DNA of 64,000 nucleotides from Octopus vulgaris (taxonomy: Eukaryota), in assembly GCA_951406725.2 (NCBI GenBank), contig OX597827.1, positions 71,734,001 to 71,798,000 of the forward strand, in the 5' to 3' direction. Below the pieces are notes generated by a model, which saw only the letters and a list, made by a program, of their open reading frames with translations, did no database searches and had not been told where the DNA came from. Position 1 is the first letter of the stretch. Every line of letters starts with the position of its first letter. Shown here one piece after another: positions 25,600-40,433 of the stretch. The translations under genes were made by a program, and so were the position numbers.

Positions 25600-25994
25600 C
25601 TAGCAGTATCGCCCGGCGTTGCTCGGGTTTGTAAGGAAAATAACTATATAAGCATTTTTAGAGATGTAAAGTATAATGGCCATCTCAATATGGCTAACCA
25701 GAAAGGGGGGTGTTACTGTAGCTTTTTACGTTCTGAGATTTAATAATACATTTTTAGAGTTACTTCCCTTATATAATAGCAAAAAAATGCATTAAAAATG
25801 GGAAAAAATGATGGTAATTTTTTTTTAAATCGTAGACTCATCGTAGACGCGCGCTAATACCCAGAAGGGCTCGATATGAATCACGACTATAAGATACCCG
25901 CTTTTGGTTACACTGCACCGCAAAATGTGGGAGTAGTTAGGAATCTAAATCGTAGGAGACAGACAGCACACAACCTCACTTTTATATATAAAGA
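25600..25994 (-). mobile_element. Non-autonomous Helitron-like element (same family as 8601-9097)
   Basis: rc 5' A|TCTTTATATATAAAA; 3' CCCGAGCAACGCCGGGCGATACTGCTAG|T; shared internal GATTTAGATTCCTAACT and GCGCGCGTCTACGATGAGTCTACG. Confidence 0.85.
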
Positions 25995-26076
25995 TTTTGA
26001 TGGCTTTCATCAAACAAAATTAACGAAAACTTGAACAGAAGCGCAGGGGTGGCTATGTGGTAAAAAGCTTACTACC

Positions 26077-26147
<71 letters not shown>

Positions 26148-26539
26148 CTTTTCTCCCTTTTATTTGTTTCAGTCATTTGACTGCGGCCATGCTGGAGCAC
26201 CGCCCTTAGTCGAGCAAATCGACCGCAGGACTTATTCTTTGTAAGCCCAGTACTTATTCTATCGGTCTCTTTTGCCGAACCGCTAAGTGACGGGGACGTA
26301 AACACACCAGCATCGGTTGTCAAGCAATGCTAGAGGGACAAACACAGACACACACACATATATATATACATATATACGACAGGCTTCTTTCAGTTTCCGT
26401 CTACCAAATCCACTCACAAGGCTTTGTTCGGCCCGAGGCTATAGTAGAAGACACTTGCCCAAGGTGCCACGCAGTGGGACTGAACCCGGAACCATGTGGT
26501 TGGTAAGCAAGCTACTTACCACACATCCACTCCTGCGCC
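26148..26539 (-). mobile_element. SINE A, full length, inside an older plus-strand SINE A (26040-26076, 26790-26990)
   Basis: Near-identical to the rc of 40009-40433; tRNA-like head with A box TGGCTGTGTGG (here TGGATGTGTGG) and B box GGTTCAGTCCC. Confidence 0.95.
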
Positions 26540-26624
26540 TATATATATATAATATTTATTGATAAAAATGGTAAGACAACAAAAGAATGAAAGACCTCGA
26601 TATTATGTAAATAGAAGAATTCAT

Positions 26625-26751
26625 CTGTAAATGTAATATGTGACAACTATTCAGTAGCTATGGTAAAATTCCGAGTTTCGGATGTCACCTCGGCATCCGA
26701 AACTCGGAGTTCTATCATGGCTACCGAATAATTGTCACATATTACATTTAC
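26625..26751. repeat. ~127-bp foldback within a (TA)n-flanked element
   Basis: 61-bp arms TGTAAATGTAATATGTGACAA...CCGAGTTTCGGATGTC / GGCATCCGAAACTCGG...TTGTCACATATTACATTTACA with a 5-nt loop; the differences between arms are transitions. Confidence 0.9.
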
Positions 26752-27011
26752 ATATATCTATAATATATATGTGTGTGTGTATGTGTGTGTTTATTCCGCC
26801 ACCACCGCTTGACAGCTGATGTTGGTATGTTTACATCCCCGTAACTTAGCTTTTCTACAAAAAGAAACCGAAAGAAAAACTACCAAGCTTTAAAAACATG
26901 TTCCAGCGTCCATTCGTTCGACTGAAACCCATCGCGGTGGTGCCCCAGCATGGCCGCAGTCGATCAGTTGATTGAAACTAAAGATAGAAGACAAAATATT
27001 TGTTTCATTTT

Positions 27012-27595
27012 AAGGCGGGGGGAGCTGGCAGAAACGTTAGCACGCCGGGCGAAATGCTCAGCAATATTTCGTCTGCCGCTACGTTCTGAGTTCAAATTCC
27101 GCCGAGGTCGACTTCGCCTTTCATCCTATAGGAGTCGATTAAATAAGTACCAGTTACGCACTGGGGTCGATATAATCGACTTAATCAGTTTGTCTGTCCT
27201 TGTTTGTCCCCTCTGTGTGTAGCCCCTTGTGGATAGTAAAGAAATAGGTATTTCGTCTGCCGTTAAGTTCTGAGTTCAAATTCCGCCGAGGTCGACTTTG
27301 CCTTTCATCCTATAGGAGTCGATTAAATAAGTACCAGTTACGCACTGGGGTCGATCTAATCGACTTAATCAGTTTGTCTGTCCTTGTTTGTCCCCTCTGT
27401 GTGTAGCCCCTTGTGGGTAGTAAAGGAATAGGTATTTCGTCTGCCGTTAAGTTCTGAGTTCAAATTCCGCCGAGGTTGACTTTGCCTTTCATCCTTTCGG
27501 GGTCGATAAATTAGGTACCAGTTGCGTACTGGGGTCGATCTAATCGACTGGCCCCCTCCCCCAAAATTTCGGGCCTTGTGCCTACAGTAGAAAAG
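27012..27595 (+). mobile_element. SINE B trimer with terminal tail
   Basis: Three units; TSD AATATTTGTTTC(A/G)TTT at 26995-27010 and 27596-27611. Confidence 0.92.
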
Positions 27596-27991
27596 AATAT
27601 TTGTTTCGTTTGATCTGGAAGCTTCTGTCACCTGATGAACTGAAATGACTGCAGTCATTAAACTATGTTCACAAACTGCTGATGTCTTAAATGTCAGGCG
27701 TATTCAGCTTATTCTTACATTCAGCTTATTCTTACATTCTTACAATCTTACAACCTTTAAGCTTGTAGCATTTTTATATGTGTTCTACTCGTTGGTCTGC
27801 GGCCGTGCTGAGGCATCGCCTTTCAAGTCTGGCACTTATTCTATCGGTCTCTTTTGCCGAACTACTGAGTTAAGAGGAAGCAAGTGATCGGAGTGACAAA
27901 GACAGACAAGATGTACATTCACACACACACACAAACACACACAGAGTATGTATGTGTATATATATATATATGTATGTATGTATATATATAG

Positions 27992-28038
<47 letters not shown>

Positions 28039-28068
28039 TGTATGTATGTATGTATGTATGTATGTATG

Positions 28069-28110
<42 letters not shown>

Positions 28111-28160
28111 CATGTATGTATGTATATATATATATATATATATATATGCATGTATGTATG

Positions 28161-28191
<31 letters not shown>

Positions 28192-28414
28192 GTATGTAAT
28201 ATATATATTGATAAAAATGGTAAGACAACGTATGTATGTATGTATACAGGGCTCCAGCTTGGCCGCAATCAAATGACTGAAACAAATGACAAAAGAATAA
28301 AAAGCGATGGATTTCCCCACAGTTTCTGTCTTCCAAATTCACTCAAAATATTGATCGGTTCGGGGCAACAGAGAAAAGCACATTTTATTGTTGCTTTATT
28401 ATATAATACATACA

Positions 28415-28449
<35 letters not shown>

Positions 28450-28716
28450 CATAGCCTCAGTACCTTGCTATTTGCAGTATATTGAAATCACGTAATTTAT
28501 CACCGACTTTATAAAATCGGTTAATTCCATAAGAATTTCAGTTACCGAAAGTATGCAATAAAACAGGATTTCTCTGTCTCTCTCTCTCTTTCTCTCTCCC
28601 TCTCTGTTTCAGTCTGTCTGTCTCTGTCTCTCTCTCTCCTTCTCTCTCAGTCATCTATCTATGTCTCTTCTCTCTCTCTCTCTCTCTTTCAGAGTGTGCG
28701 TAGTAGTATTTGTATG

Positions 28717-28771
<55 letters not shown>

Positions 28772-28921
28772 TGTGTATACTTGTACGTAATGAAATAGAA
28801 ATTCGTATCTAAGTATGTAACTATGTACATTGCTATATATATATATATATATATATATATAAGAATGTTTAAGTCGATGAATGAATTATCCTAGTATGAA
28901 TAATTATCCTAGTATGGACAA

Positions 28922-29022
28922 GTTCCTTGTCTTTCCTGATGAGAAGGCGGCATAATGCACCCTTTATTCCTTCGGAATTAAGAATATGCAGTCTTCGAAA
29001 CATATGTCGAGAATAAAGGAAT
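28922..29022 (+). ncRNA. Type I hammerhead ribozyme, intact core
   Basis: GTTCCTTGTCTTTC-CTGATGA(28936-42)-GAAGGC.GCATA...TATGC.GTCTTC-GAAA(28997-29000)-CATATG-TC|(29008)GAGAATAAAGGAAT. Helix III is the palindrome ACATATGT with a GUC site. The host element (~28861-29058) is flanked by (TA)n. Confidence 0.88.
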
Positions 29023-29054
29023 TTTGTTAAATCGTCGTTCAACTCCATTCTTTC

Positions 29055-29121
<67 letters not shown>

Positions 29122-29601
29122 GAGAGAGAGAGGGTGAGAACAAATTTTACTATTGACGACTAATTTGAAATATTCTATTGCGTTCGTCTTTCAGTCTCCA
29201 GACGCGTTACGTTGAAAATGTGAAGTAGCACTTCATTTCTCCGAATGTTTACAAAAGAATAACTGTGTTCTGCATACCTACTCTTAAAGAATGTGCAGTC
29301 AAACTTATACGTTCAGTGTTGTCCAGTAACTTCACTTTGACACAATATACTAAATCTTTACTGAGATATTTGTCATTTCGTTAACGTGAATGAATATCAT
29401 CACAATTGAATTGAGGGCGAATAGTTAGCGGAAGCACGTCTTTTGTTGATAGTTGTGATTAAATTATCAATATTGTTAGTGCAACTGTAGATGACTTTCA
29501 AATGATTTCTTGTTGAAAATCATATGGAGCTTCTATTCAAATGGAAACCCGACGGTGTTCGTAATAAAATGGAATGTACAAGTAAACTTTCTGCTGTTGC
29601 A

Positions 29602-29714
<113 letters not shown>

Positions 29715-29814
29715 AAGAGAAGGGGTTACACCAAATAATGTTACGCTTTAACCTCAGAAACTAAAGGAGCGTAAGTAAATACTGCAAAACACTTTGTATA
29801 ACACTCTACATAAC

Positions 29815-29972
<158 letters not shown>

Positions 29973-30099
29973 TAACAACACCAACAACAACAGCAGTAGC
30001 ACAACAGAATTCGTAGATCAAACATGTTTAGATCAATTGCAAATTTATGATGATATACATACACATATACATACATACATACATACATACATACATACA

Positions 30100-30130
<31 letters not shown>

Positions 30131-30286
30131 GTGTGTGTGTATGTGTGAATACAAAAATTTACATATACACATATATACAGTGTGTGTATATGTATGTATA
30201 TACATATATATATATGTACATATATATATACACACACATATATACACATATATGCACCCATATATAAATATATGTACATACATATA

Positions 30287-30318
<32 letters not shown>

Positions 30319-30392
30319 CATATATATATACATATACATATATATATATATGTGTGTGTATATATATATACATAAATATATATGTGTGTGTG

Positions 30393-30426
<34 letters not shown>

Positions 30427-30488
30427 CACACATATATATGTATATATACATAAATATATATGTATATATATATATCTATATATATATG

Positions 30489-30557
<69 letters not shown>

Positions 30558-31076
30558 ATATGTATGTATATAGCTTCACGTTAAGGTTCATATCACACAT
30601 ACAGTATGTGCTTCCATTCATGTATATATATATATATCTATATATTATTTTTGGGGGGTAATGTATAGTAAAGTGACTGCTACTTTTAATTTAAGTAGAA
30701 TTTAGTCTACACTTGTGTTCTTTGAATTCTGCTGCCAATGGTAACATTGGTTTTTAACAACAGGCATTCGGTTATATCGATTTTACTGAACCAGTTTGTT
30801 CTCGAATCGAAGCTTTAAAATGTTTTGTCTGCCTCGCTGTTGATGTGTTTGTTTGTTTGTTGCTGTTGTGCTTTCTGTATATCTAAATACCTCTGTGGCC
30901 AATACAAACCATTTGATATTGACGATAGCGACGGTAAGAAATGGAAGCAAAAATCATTAGCAGTCTATTCTTTATCTCTCTCTCTCACTCTCTCTCTCTC
31001 TCTCTCTCTCTTCTGTTTTTGCTATTATTTCAGTGTTTTCACTCTATATCTTTCTTTATTTCTGTGTGTTTGCGTC

Positions 31077-31113
<37 letters not shown>

Positions 31114-31223
31114 CTCTGTCTCTCGTTCTCTTTCTCTCTTTCATACGCACATACACACACACATACTCGTTCTCAACAAACCTCTGCCTATCTGACCCTC
31201 ACTATATATATACATACTACATG

Positions 31224-31309
<86 letters not shown>

Positions 31310-31457
31310 TATATGCATGCATATATGTATGCGTGTATGTATGTATATACATACATACATATATATATAAATATATACATGTATATACACACACTATATC
31401 TATACGTATAAACAGAATATTTATAAATATATATATATAACTAATTTATACAAATTT

Positions 31458-31491
<34 letters not shown>

Positions 31492-31524
31492 AAAGTATAT
31501 ATAAATGTGTGTGTGTGTATATAA

Positions 31525-31559
<35 letters not shown>

Positions 31560-31589
31560 ATATATAAATGTGTGTGTGTGTATATAAGC

Positions 31590-31656
<67 letters not shown>

Positions 31657-31804
31657 TATATATATATATTCATTGTAAGCCTGGTACTTATTCTATCAGT
31701 ATCTTTTGCCAAGCCTCTAAGTTACGGGGACGTAAACACACCAACATCGGTTGTCAAGCGATGGTGGTGGGGACAAACGCAGACACACAAACATATACAT
31801 ACAC

Positions 31805-31942
<138 letters not shown>

Positions 31943-32121
31943 GGGAGAGGGGAGCAATTATGCAGAAAAACAAATTAGATATATTAGATATAAGAAAATA
32001 GCTTGGGCATGAAACACAAAATATATATGTGTGTATACATGAAAAAGCCAAAGGAATCAAAAAATGGAGACTTTCAGTCGATGAATATTTAAGTAAAGAT
32101 ATGCAGATATTTATTTTTATA

Positions 32122-33440
32122 CTAGCAGAGGTATCCGGCGTTGCCCGGTTACATTCAATTGAAGAATTAAACTTTTCTGTTATATCTTCTGTAATGAACT
32201 GAGATATCTATGCTTCGAGTTTCATCAAAATTGCAGATGAGGGTTATTTCCCTCTTTACACACCCTAAAAAAATTGTAATCGTGCCACATGTATCCCATA
32301 CTACTGATTTTTATGCGCATATTCCAAAATTCCAGTCTTATTGAAAATGTTAAAAAGATTTTGCTCCTGAAAAATGAAGGTCATGGAGCTCTAAAATGTG
32401 AGAGTTAAGGCCCCTATTGGGGGTGGGCATCTTAATGCCAACCAGAGAAGTTGAATTGTTGAGAATCTTTTTTACTTGGGTCTTATATTTATTGTTTGAA
32501 TTTCTTTGAAATAGGAAATATATGTTCACTGGGTTTGTAAAAGAGAGCAAAGCTACAGGAAACCAAAAGACGAATGATCACAATAAGCAGTCACTTACCC
32601 TACCCTAGTCGTTACCACTCCCAATGTAGGATTCCTCACCATCCAGGTGACAGGCACAGCCGTAAGATGCATTACGAATCTATAGCAACTGGAAGGGCGT
32701 GACCCAACTGAAATCACCATTAACAACTATGAGACGTGAGGGCTAAGGAGAAATGAAAGTGTCACCTCTGGAGTTTGCAAATGACCTCTATACTGATATG
32801 TAACTGGACAGAATAAATTTAAAATCTATAAATGTCTTTGAATAACCAGTTACTCGTCTGGGAAGGCCTTGAAATCAATGTTACCATCTGGGGGCTATGT
32901 GTGACCGAATGATAATAAAAAGACTGAAAGGAAGTCTGCAATCAAATAAATTTACTCAACACTTTGCAACTGAATCAGTGGAGGCAAAGATGCCTCTCAT
33001 TTACTTGACAATTTATGCAACACATTGCAGAAATCACAATGTAAGTGTATGTCAAAGCAAACTGTTACACTGTTGTACCATTGAATTAGAAATAATGCCC
33101 AACTTTCATGCTCGAGTAACCCTACAGTTTCCAAGAGCACAACTGTATTCGTTTTTGCTTAGATGAGATGACAAAATTGTGCGTATTAAGTCCCCATGGA
33201 GGGGTCTTTCTAACTTTGTAAGAAGATGAAATTTTATAAATATTAGTTCATTTGTGTCTAATATCTATGGTTAAAATTTCATCAACAGCAAAAATATATG
33301 AATTGTCATGGGGGTTATGGCCCTTATGCATAGAATATAATTTCGAAATTTCATAAAGACACATTCAGTACTTTTGACCTACTTTGGATCATAAAAGAAA
33401 TGACTAAAATTTGGGAGTTATGGCTCCCATTAGAGTGTTA
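32122..33440 (-). mobile_element. Helitron-like non-autonomous element (3' end clear, 5' end uncertain)
   Basis: rc 3' end CCGGGCAACGCCGGATACCTCTGCTAG|T; internal (A/G)TTTCATCAA motifs. Confidence 0.5.
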
Positions 33441-33443
33441 TAT

Positions 33444-33637
<194 letters not shown>

Positions 33638-33642
33638 TCACA

Positions 33643-33810
33643 TGAGGGGCTCGCGAAAGATCTGGAGGGAGGCCCAACCTTCCGAGTTGTTTATGGTGCT
33701 TAGAAAACTGAAGGACCGCTGCGGTAAGTGTGTGAATCCGAGAGGGGAATATGTTCCAATAAAATCATAATTAAGTGATCCTCCTGTAGTTTCTTTTCTT
33801 CAACACTCCC
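33643..33810 (+). pseudogene. Internally deleted mariner transposon (transposase C-terminus)
   Basis: LRKLKDRCGKCVNPRGEYV matches the mariner end KL..RW.KCV...GEYVE; preceded by TGAGGGG, resembling a mariner TIR start. Confidence 0.7.
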
Positions 33811-33838
33811 ATACATACAAATGTGTGTGTGTGTATGT

Positions 33839-33904
<66 letters not shown>

Positions 33905-34034
33905 TTATATGTATATATATATACTCACATATGTATATATACTTATATATTACTTCGGAACCTTGGATGTTAGCATGACAAGTAAAAATGCCGAAGAAGA
34001 GGATATGTGTGTATGAGCGGAAGGTTTTTTACGC

Positions 34035-34124
<90 letters not shown>

Positions 34125-34422
34125 TACGTTCAGATACACTTAACCGTTATGTATAACTCCACTCGACCTATATCAACATCCTAGCCAAGCTTATAACTCA
34201 TGCGTAGCTGCAGCTTGTGGTCAATAAAGATAATTGAGGCCAAATGCCCCTTGGCACATCTGGTCGTGAAATCCGGGCGCGCTATCTCGACCTCGGCGCA
34301 TTTAGTAAAGTGTGATGGTCTCACGGCTGCGCTGATCGCGATGCTTTTGCTCAAATAAAAGGAAAATGTCGATGATATAATACTTGGCGCAAAATGCGAT
34401 TATTAGGAGCAGTTGCTTGAGC

Positions 34423-34926
34423 GGTGACGATTTGGCACGGCTGACTGGACATTCGGCTATTTTGGTGACAATGCTTTTTTGGCACTGGAGGTAAACACGC
34501 GTACGCGCAGAAATGTATACTTAAAGAAAGTGGGAGAGAGTGAGAGAGAGAGTGAGTGAATGAGTAAGAGAGAGAAAAAAGAAAGAGTGAGAGGGAAAGA
34601 GTTGGGGGAAAGAAAGAGACATTACAATTCATTAATTGAACGCAACTGATATATAAATACTTTCCGTCTCTTCATACATATAAACAGAGTAAGAGAGAGA
34701 AAGTGAGAGTGGGTGAGAGATTGTGAGAGATTGTGAGAGAGAGAGGGAGAGAGACTGTGTGTGAGTGAGAGAGAAAGAGAGAGAGACTGTGTGTGGTGAG
34801 TGAGAGAGAGAAAGAGGAGGAGGGAACGAAAGAAACGGTAAAACGTCCGATGTCCGATAAGGCAGCGTCGAATCAGTGACGCCAAAGAAGCGGCGTCAAA
34901 ACAGCTGTGCCAAAACGTCTCATACC
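34423..34926. mobile_element. Decayed MITE-like element with subterminal TTGGC(A/G)C repeats
   Basis: Left GGTGACGATTTGGCACGGCTG vs rc of right GGTATGAGACGTTTTGGCACAGCTG. Confidence 0.4.
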
Positions 34927-35910
34927 TGCTAGGTGAATGGACAAACTTGACAGAGAATTTAGCAGCCAGCCTTTCTGGGGAAGAATCGACGGCCGGCCGC
35001 AGGACAAAGCAGTAAGTAAATCGAACGGTATTTCACCACTGTTTTATCCGTTTGAAAGAGAACGTTTTTAGGTGGACACAGCATCGATTCTCGGCGATTC
35101 TGAATAATGCTCTGGGTTCAAACCCCGCTGAGAGTAGGTGGCATCGACTACGTCTTTTATTCATAATTCCACCGTGGTTTTGAAATAAATTACTCGTCAG
35201 GCAACTGGCGTCGATGTAATCGGCTGCCTCCATCTCCCCACTTTCGGCAATGGTGATCTCGCTCTTCTGTTATATGTAATGTTTGAAAGCGTTATGATAC
35301 GTTTGCTTGTATTTATGTTGCTTCTGGATTTTTTTTGTATATTTATTTATTTTTTTTTTTTTTTTTTACATGCGTTTTATTGTTATATTTATTTTTATTT
35401 ATGTATTTTTTGTATTCATTTCCTTTATACAAGACCAACGTTGTGAAACAGCGAGCATGTTCATTATCAACTTCAAAGTATTATAAGCCATATTGCAATA
35501 TATATAAAGAGAGGACAGAGAGAGAGAGAGAGAGAAGGAGGGAGAGAGAGAGAGAGAGGGAGGGAGGGAGAGGGGGGAGACAGAGGAAACGAAATACTGC
35601 AGTTAAATTATATACTATCTATATACACACATAAGTATTATACGTATATATATATATATATATTATACACATTTGATATGTATATATATATATATGTATA
35701 TCTATATAAATGGTGTATGATATATATATATATATTATATGAGACTGACAAACAAAATTCTCGTTTTCAATTATTGCAACGACAATTCTGTAAGCCAAAT
35801 GCCTCTTCCACACATCTGCTAAAGAGGTAAAGTGTTGCGACCTGTCCTGTCCTCCATCGCCACTACCAAACCCCCACCCCACCCACTGTCACCAGAGCCA
35901 TCCCTGACAT

Positions 35911-35982
<72 letters not shown>

Positions 35983-36172
35983 GTATGCATGCGTGTATTG
36001 TGAAGTGTAACACCGAACATGTTATAATAATCAATTTACAAGAATATCATCAGCGACCACCACCGCCACCACCATCTCCATCACAACCACCACTGCCGTT
36101 GCCGCCTCTGCCATATTCCAATAAACAGTCAGCGGAAGCCCGACGCGATGTGCTAATCTATCTATCTATCTG

Positions 36173-36223
<51 letters not shown>

Positions 36224-36322
36224 GGTTGTCTATCTATCTATCTATCTATTTATCTCTCTCTCTCTCTTTCTTTCTGTCCATCCATCCATCTGGCGTCTGC
36301 CTTTTTGTCTGTCGGTTGTTTT

Positions 36323-36389
<67 letters not shown>

Positions 36390-36941
36390 GCCTGTCTATC
36401 TATCTGCCTGTCTGTCTATCTCTTGTACTATCTGACAAACACTATTCCATTTTCCATTTTCCATTACTGTAATGACATTGGTAAACCAAAGCCTTCATGC
36501 GTCGTCTCCGCCGCCGCCGCCGCCGCAATCGCCGTCGTCGTCTACGCAAGAGGTAAAAATTCCGCGACCTGTATTCATACTTTTCGTTATTGATTTTCGA
36601 TTCTTTCGGAATCTTAGTGCAACTGCGTGCGGGTGTGCGCGTGCGCGTGACACGCATAATTACACGCGTACACACACACACACACACACACACATCACAG
36701 ATATGTATGTATGCATTATCTAAATATTTGAATGTATATGTGTGCGCTCGAGTGTGTGTTTATCTGTGTTTCTACGTATATATATACATACGCATATATA
36801 TATATACCCATATATGTGTGTGTGTATACATATATATACACATAGGCACACACATATATATACATACACATATAGATATGTATATATATACGTATATATA
36901 TATATACACATATATACATATGTGCATATATATATATACAC

Positions 36942-36990
<49 letters not shown>

Positions 36991-36991
36991 C

Positions 36992-37044
<53 letters not shown>

Positions 37045-37092
37045 CATACATATACACATATTACATATGTGTGTGTGTATGTGTATGTGTGC

Positions 37093-37155
<63 letters not shown>

Positions 37156-37924
37156 TGGACATATATATGTGAATGTATATATTTGCATATATACACATAC
37201 ATTCATGCATGTAGTGATGCATAAATACACATACAAAGTAACATACACTCATACATACATGCATTCAAGCGTACAGTTATATATGCATACATACACACAT
37301 CCCTCTATACATCCATCCACGCATGCCTCTATCCATCCATCCATACATACATGGATACATACATGCATGCATACATGGATACATACATACATACATACAT
37401 GGATACATACATACATGCATGCATGCATACATACATACATACATACATACATACATGCATACATGCATACATACATACATACATGCATGCATACATGGAT
37501 ACATGCATACATACATATATGCATGCATATATACATACATACATACATACATGCATATATGGATGCATACATACATGCATACGTATATACATACATGCAT
37601 ACATACATACATACATACATACATGCATACATGCATGCATACATGGAAACATGCATACATACATACATACATACATGCATGCATACATGGATACATACAT
37701 ACATACATGCATGCATGGATACATACGTACATGCATACATACATACATACATACATACATACATACATACATACATACATACATACATGCATGCATGCAT
37801 ACATGGATGCATACATGCATGCATACATGGATACATGTATACATACATACCAGAAAATTTGCGCGCAAGTCGTTTGATCTTTTTGGTTTTGTTGTGTTAA
37901 CTGACTCTTCTTGGCGGTAAACAA

Positions 37925-38135
37925 TGATACGGCTTTACAATAATTGAAAGTACCACAGAAATCAACCGAATATGAAGCTAGGTGTAAACCCAAACTCCAC
38001 TCGCTGATCGATAGAGCCTTTAAGCAAATGGCGTTAAACGAAAACTGGAGATAACAACAAGCTAACAACATTCAAAGACCATTAACCATTGAGCAATTAT
38101 CCAAAAGCTTACTCTAATTGATAAAACATTCAAAG
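37925..38135 (+). pseudogene. Possible Penelope-like RT thumb-region remnant
   Basis: Across frameshifts: KLHSLIDRAFK / NNIQ..L / SNYP / LIDKT, resembling PLE LI.RA...EL..I...L..NGYP...I.K. Confidence 0.4.
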
Positions 38136-38500
38136 CTTCTGACAGTAACGGAATGCATCTAAACAGTAATGGACAGAAAAAGCAAAGTAATGTAACTGGC
38201 AACCACGAAATAGTAAATTATTAATAAAAGACGATAAACGAATAGGTAAGAGTGTGAGATATTGAACTAAAACCTAAGCAGATGGTCTCAGAATTTACTA
38301 AGAGAAATAGAGATAATAACAAAAAAAAAAATGAGGCAGCGTCAACAATTGGTGTCGTTTTCCTGCAGTGAGATGTTCGTTTGCCTAAGCTGTATAAATC
38401 TTCACCGACCTAAGAAAGTCTTGACTGTCCTAAGAAAGTCTTGTCCGACCTGAGAAGCTCTTGTCTAACATGAAAACAATATCTTGTCCGAATTGAGAAT

Positions 38501-38889
38501 GGATGGAAGCACTCCGTCGGTTACGACGACGAGGGTTCCGGTTGATCCGAATCAACGGAACAGCCTGCTCGTGAAATTAACGTGTAAATGGCTGAGCACT
38601 CCACAGACACGTGTACTCTTAACGTAGTTCTCGGGGATATTCAGCGTGACACAGAGAGTGACAATGCCGGCCCTTTGAAATACAGGTACAACAGAAACAG
38701 GAAGTAAGAGTGAGAGAAAGTTGTGGTGAAAGAGTACAGCAGGGATCACCACCATCCCCTGCCGGAGCCTCGCGGAGCTTTTAGGTGTTTTCGCTCAATA
38801 AACACTCACAACGCCCGGTCTAGGAATCGAAACTGCGATCCTATGACCGCGAGTCCGCTGCCCTAACCACTGGGCCATTGCGCCTCCAC
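38501..38889 (-). mobile_element. SINE family C (tRNA-derived, probably tRNA-Arg), full length
   Basis: rc head GTGGAGGCGCAATGGCCCAGTGGTTAGGGCAGCGGACTCGCGG...GTTTCGATTCC; 13-bp TSD CCGAATTGAGAAT at 38488-38500 and 38890-38902. Confidence 0.95.
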
Positions 38890-40008
38890 CCGAATTGAGA
38901 ATATAAGTTGTTTCAATAAGTGCGGCAGCATCGCTTCCACTTCCGCTGCCGCAGGATGTAGATTTGCCACCAGAAACCGGAAACTGTTTTTGCTGTTATT
39001 TAACCGAAGGTTAACTCTCACTGATCTGGGCGATGATCAAAGATGATCCAACATTCATCACATCTTTCCATCGACACACTGCATCTCAGACTTCATCATC
39101 CAATATGCCCATCCATTTAAAATGTAGTACGATGTTGTTTCAAGGATAATTACTTGCTCTTTCTAGCAAGTCGAGCGACCATGTAGATGCCCTCTTTGAT
39201 CGATCGTGCCAATAGTCAAATATTTGTTTGAAAACTTAAGCCATGCAAGTGTAATCTTCTGTTGTGAATCAAAGTAGCCTCGAATCTTTCAGAAAATAAA
39301 CCTAACGCACGTGACCGTGTTTCTCGCCGCGGGGAGAGCGGATAACTGTGGCACATATCTATAAGCTAGTGGCTTAAAGTGACAAGAGCTAAAACCAAGA
39401 ATAGAAACCGAATCGATAACGCAGACGATAAAGAAAACTCCGTTTCTTTACAGTTTTCATTACTGAACAACAGAATACAAGATTGGCTCCACGTATATCT
39501 AGGCTCAAGTAAATTTCTGTAGAGTAGGAGGAGAAAGAGAAGAAGTTACTTAATACTAGTATGTTACCTTTTATATCTATCACTGGATTGTTGGAATACA
39601 TAATTGTCAAGTAGTGTTATTTGAACTAAGAACACAGAAGTATCCAAGTTGAAAAACAATTAATCCTTCGTTTGTCCTAAACGTCCATGTTTATTTTCAG
39701 ACTTTTAGTTAGCCTTTCATTCATACGTTCTGGGTAATATAAAGCCGTCCTTTCATACGTTTTAAGTTACCTTGCTGGTTGAAAAAGCCTTGGGAATGTC
39801 TAATCATAAATGATGCACAGACGCCAGGCAAATGTGTGATGCGCAAGAGAAGCAGACGATTAAAACATCCGTATTGATGGTCTATTTTATAGATTTTTTT
39901 TTTCTCAAATCAGATTCGTGTTACAGTCACAAAAACTACATAATTAATGCTCAGCGTGACATTTCCCGATATATAGAAATAAAAATTTTAAAAAGGAAAA
40001 AATGAATA

Positions 40009-40179
40009 GGCGCAGGAGTGGCTGTGTGGTAAGTAGCTTGCTAACCAACCACATGGTTCCAGGTTCAGTCCCACTGCGTGGCATCTTGGGCAAGTGTCTT
40101 CTGCTATAGCCCCGGGCCGACCAATGCCTTGTGAGTGGATTTGGTAGACGGAAACTGAAAGAAGCCTGTCGTATATATG

Positions 40180-40210
<31 letters not shown>

Positions 40211-40433
40211 TTGTGTGTCTGTGTTTGTCCCCCTAGCATTGCTTGACAACCGATGCTGGTGTGTTTACGTCCCCGTCACTTAGCGGTTCGGCAAAAGAGA
40301 CCGATACAATAAGTACTGGGCTTACAAAGAATAAGTCCCGGGGTCGATGTGCTCGACTAAAGGCGGTGCTCCAGCATGGCCGCAGTGAAATGACTGAAAC
40401 AAGTAAAAGAGTAAAAGAGTAAGGAGTAAAGAG
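40009..40433 (+). mobile_element. SINE A, full length
   Basis: GGCGCAGGAGTGGCTGTGTGGTAAG head, B box, CTTGGGCAAGT, internal microsatellite, and tail GGCGGTGCTCCAGCATGGCCGCAG..(GTAAAAGA)n. Confidence 0.95.

Noticed and set aside
27633-27662. CTGATGA-ACT-GAAA-TGACTGCAGTCA-TT hammerhead-like string
   Set aside because: No helix II and no helix I complementarity; probably chance.
36590-38071. Long ORFs (up to 436 aa) and the many similar YI/MYVC/HT-repeat ORFs across the window
   Set aside because: Translations of TA, TATG and CA microsatellites, open in several frames on both strands; not genes.
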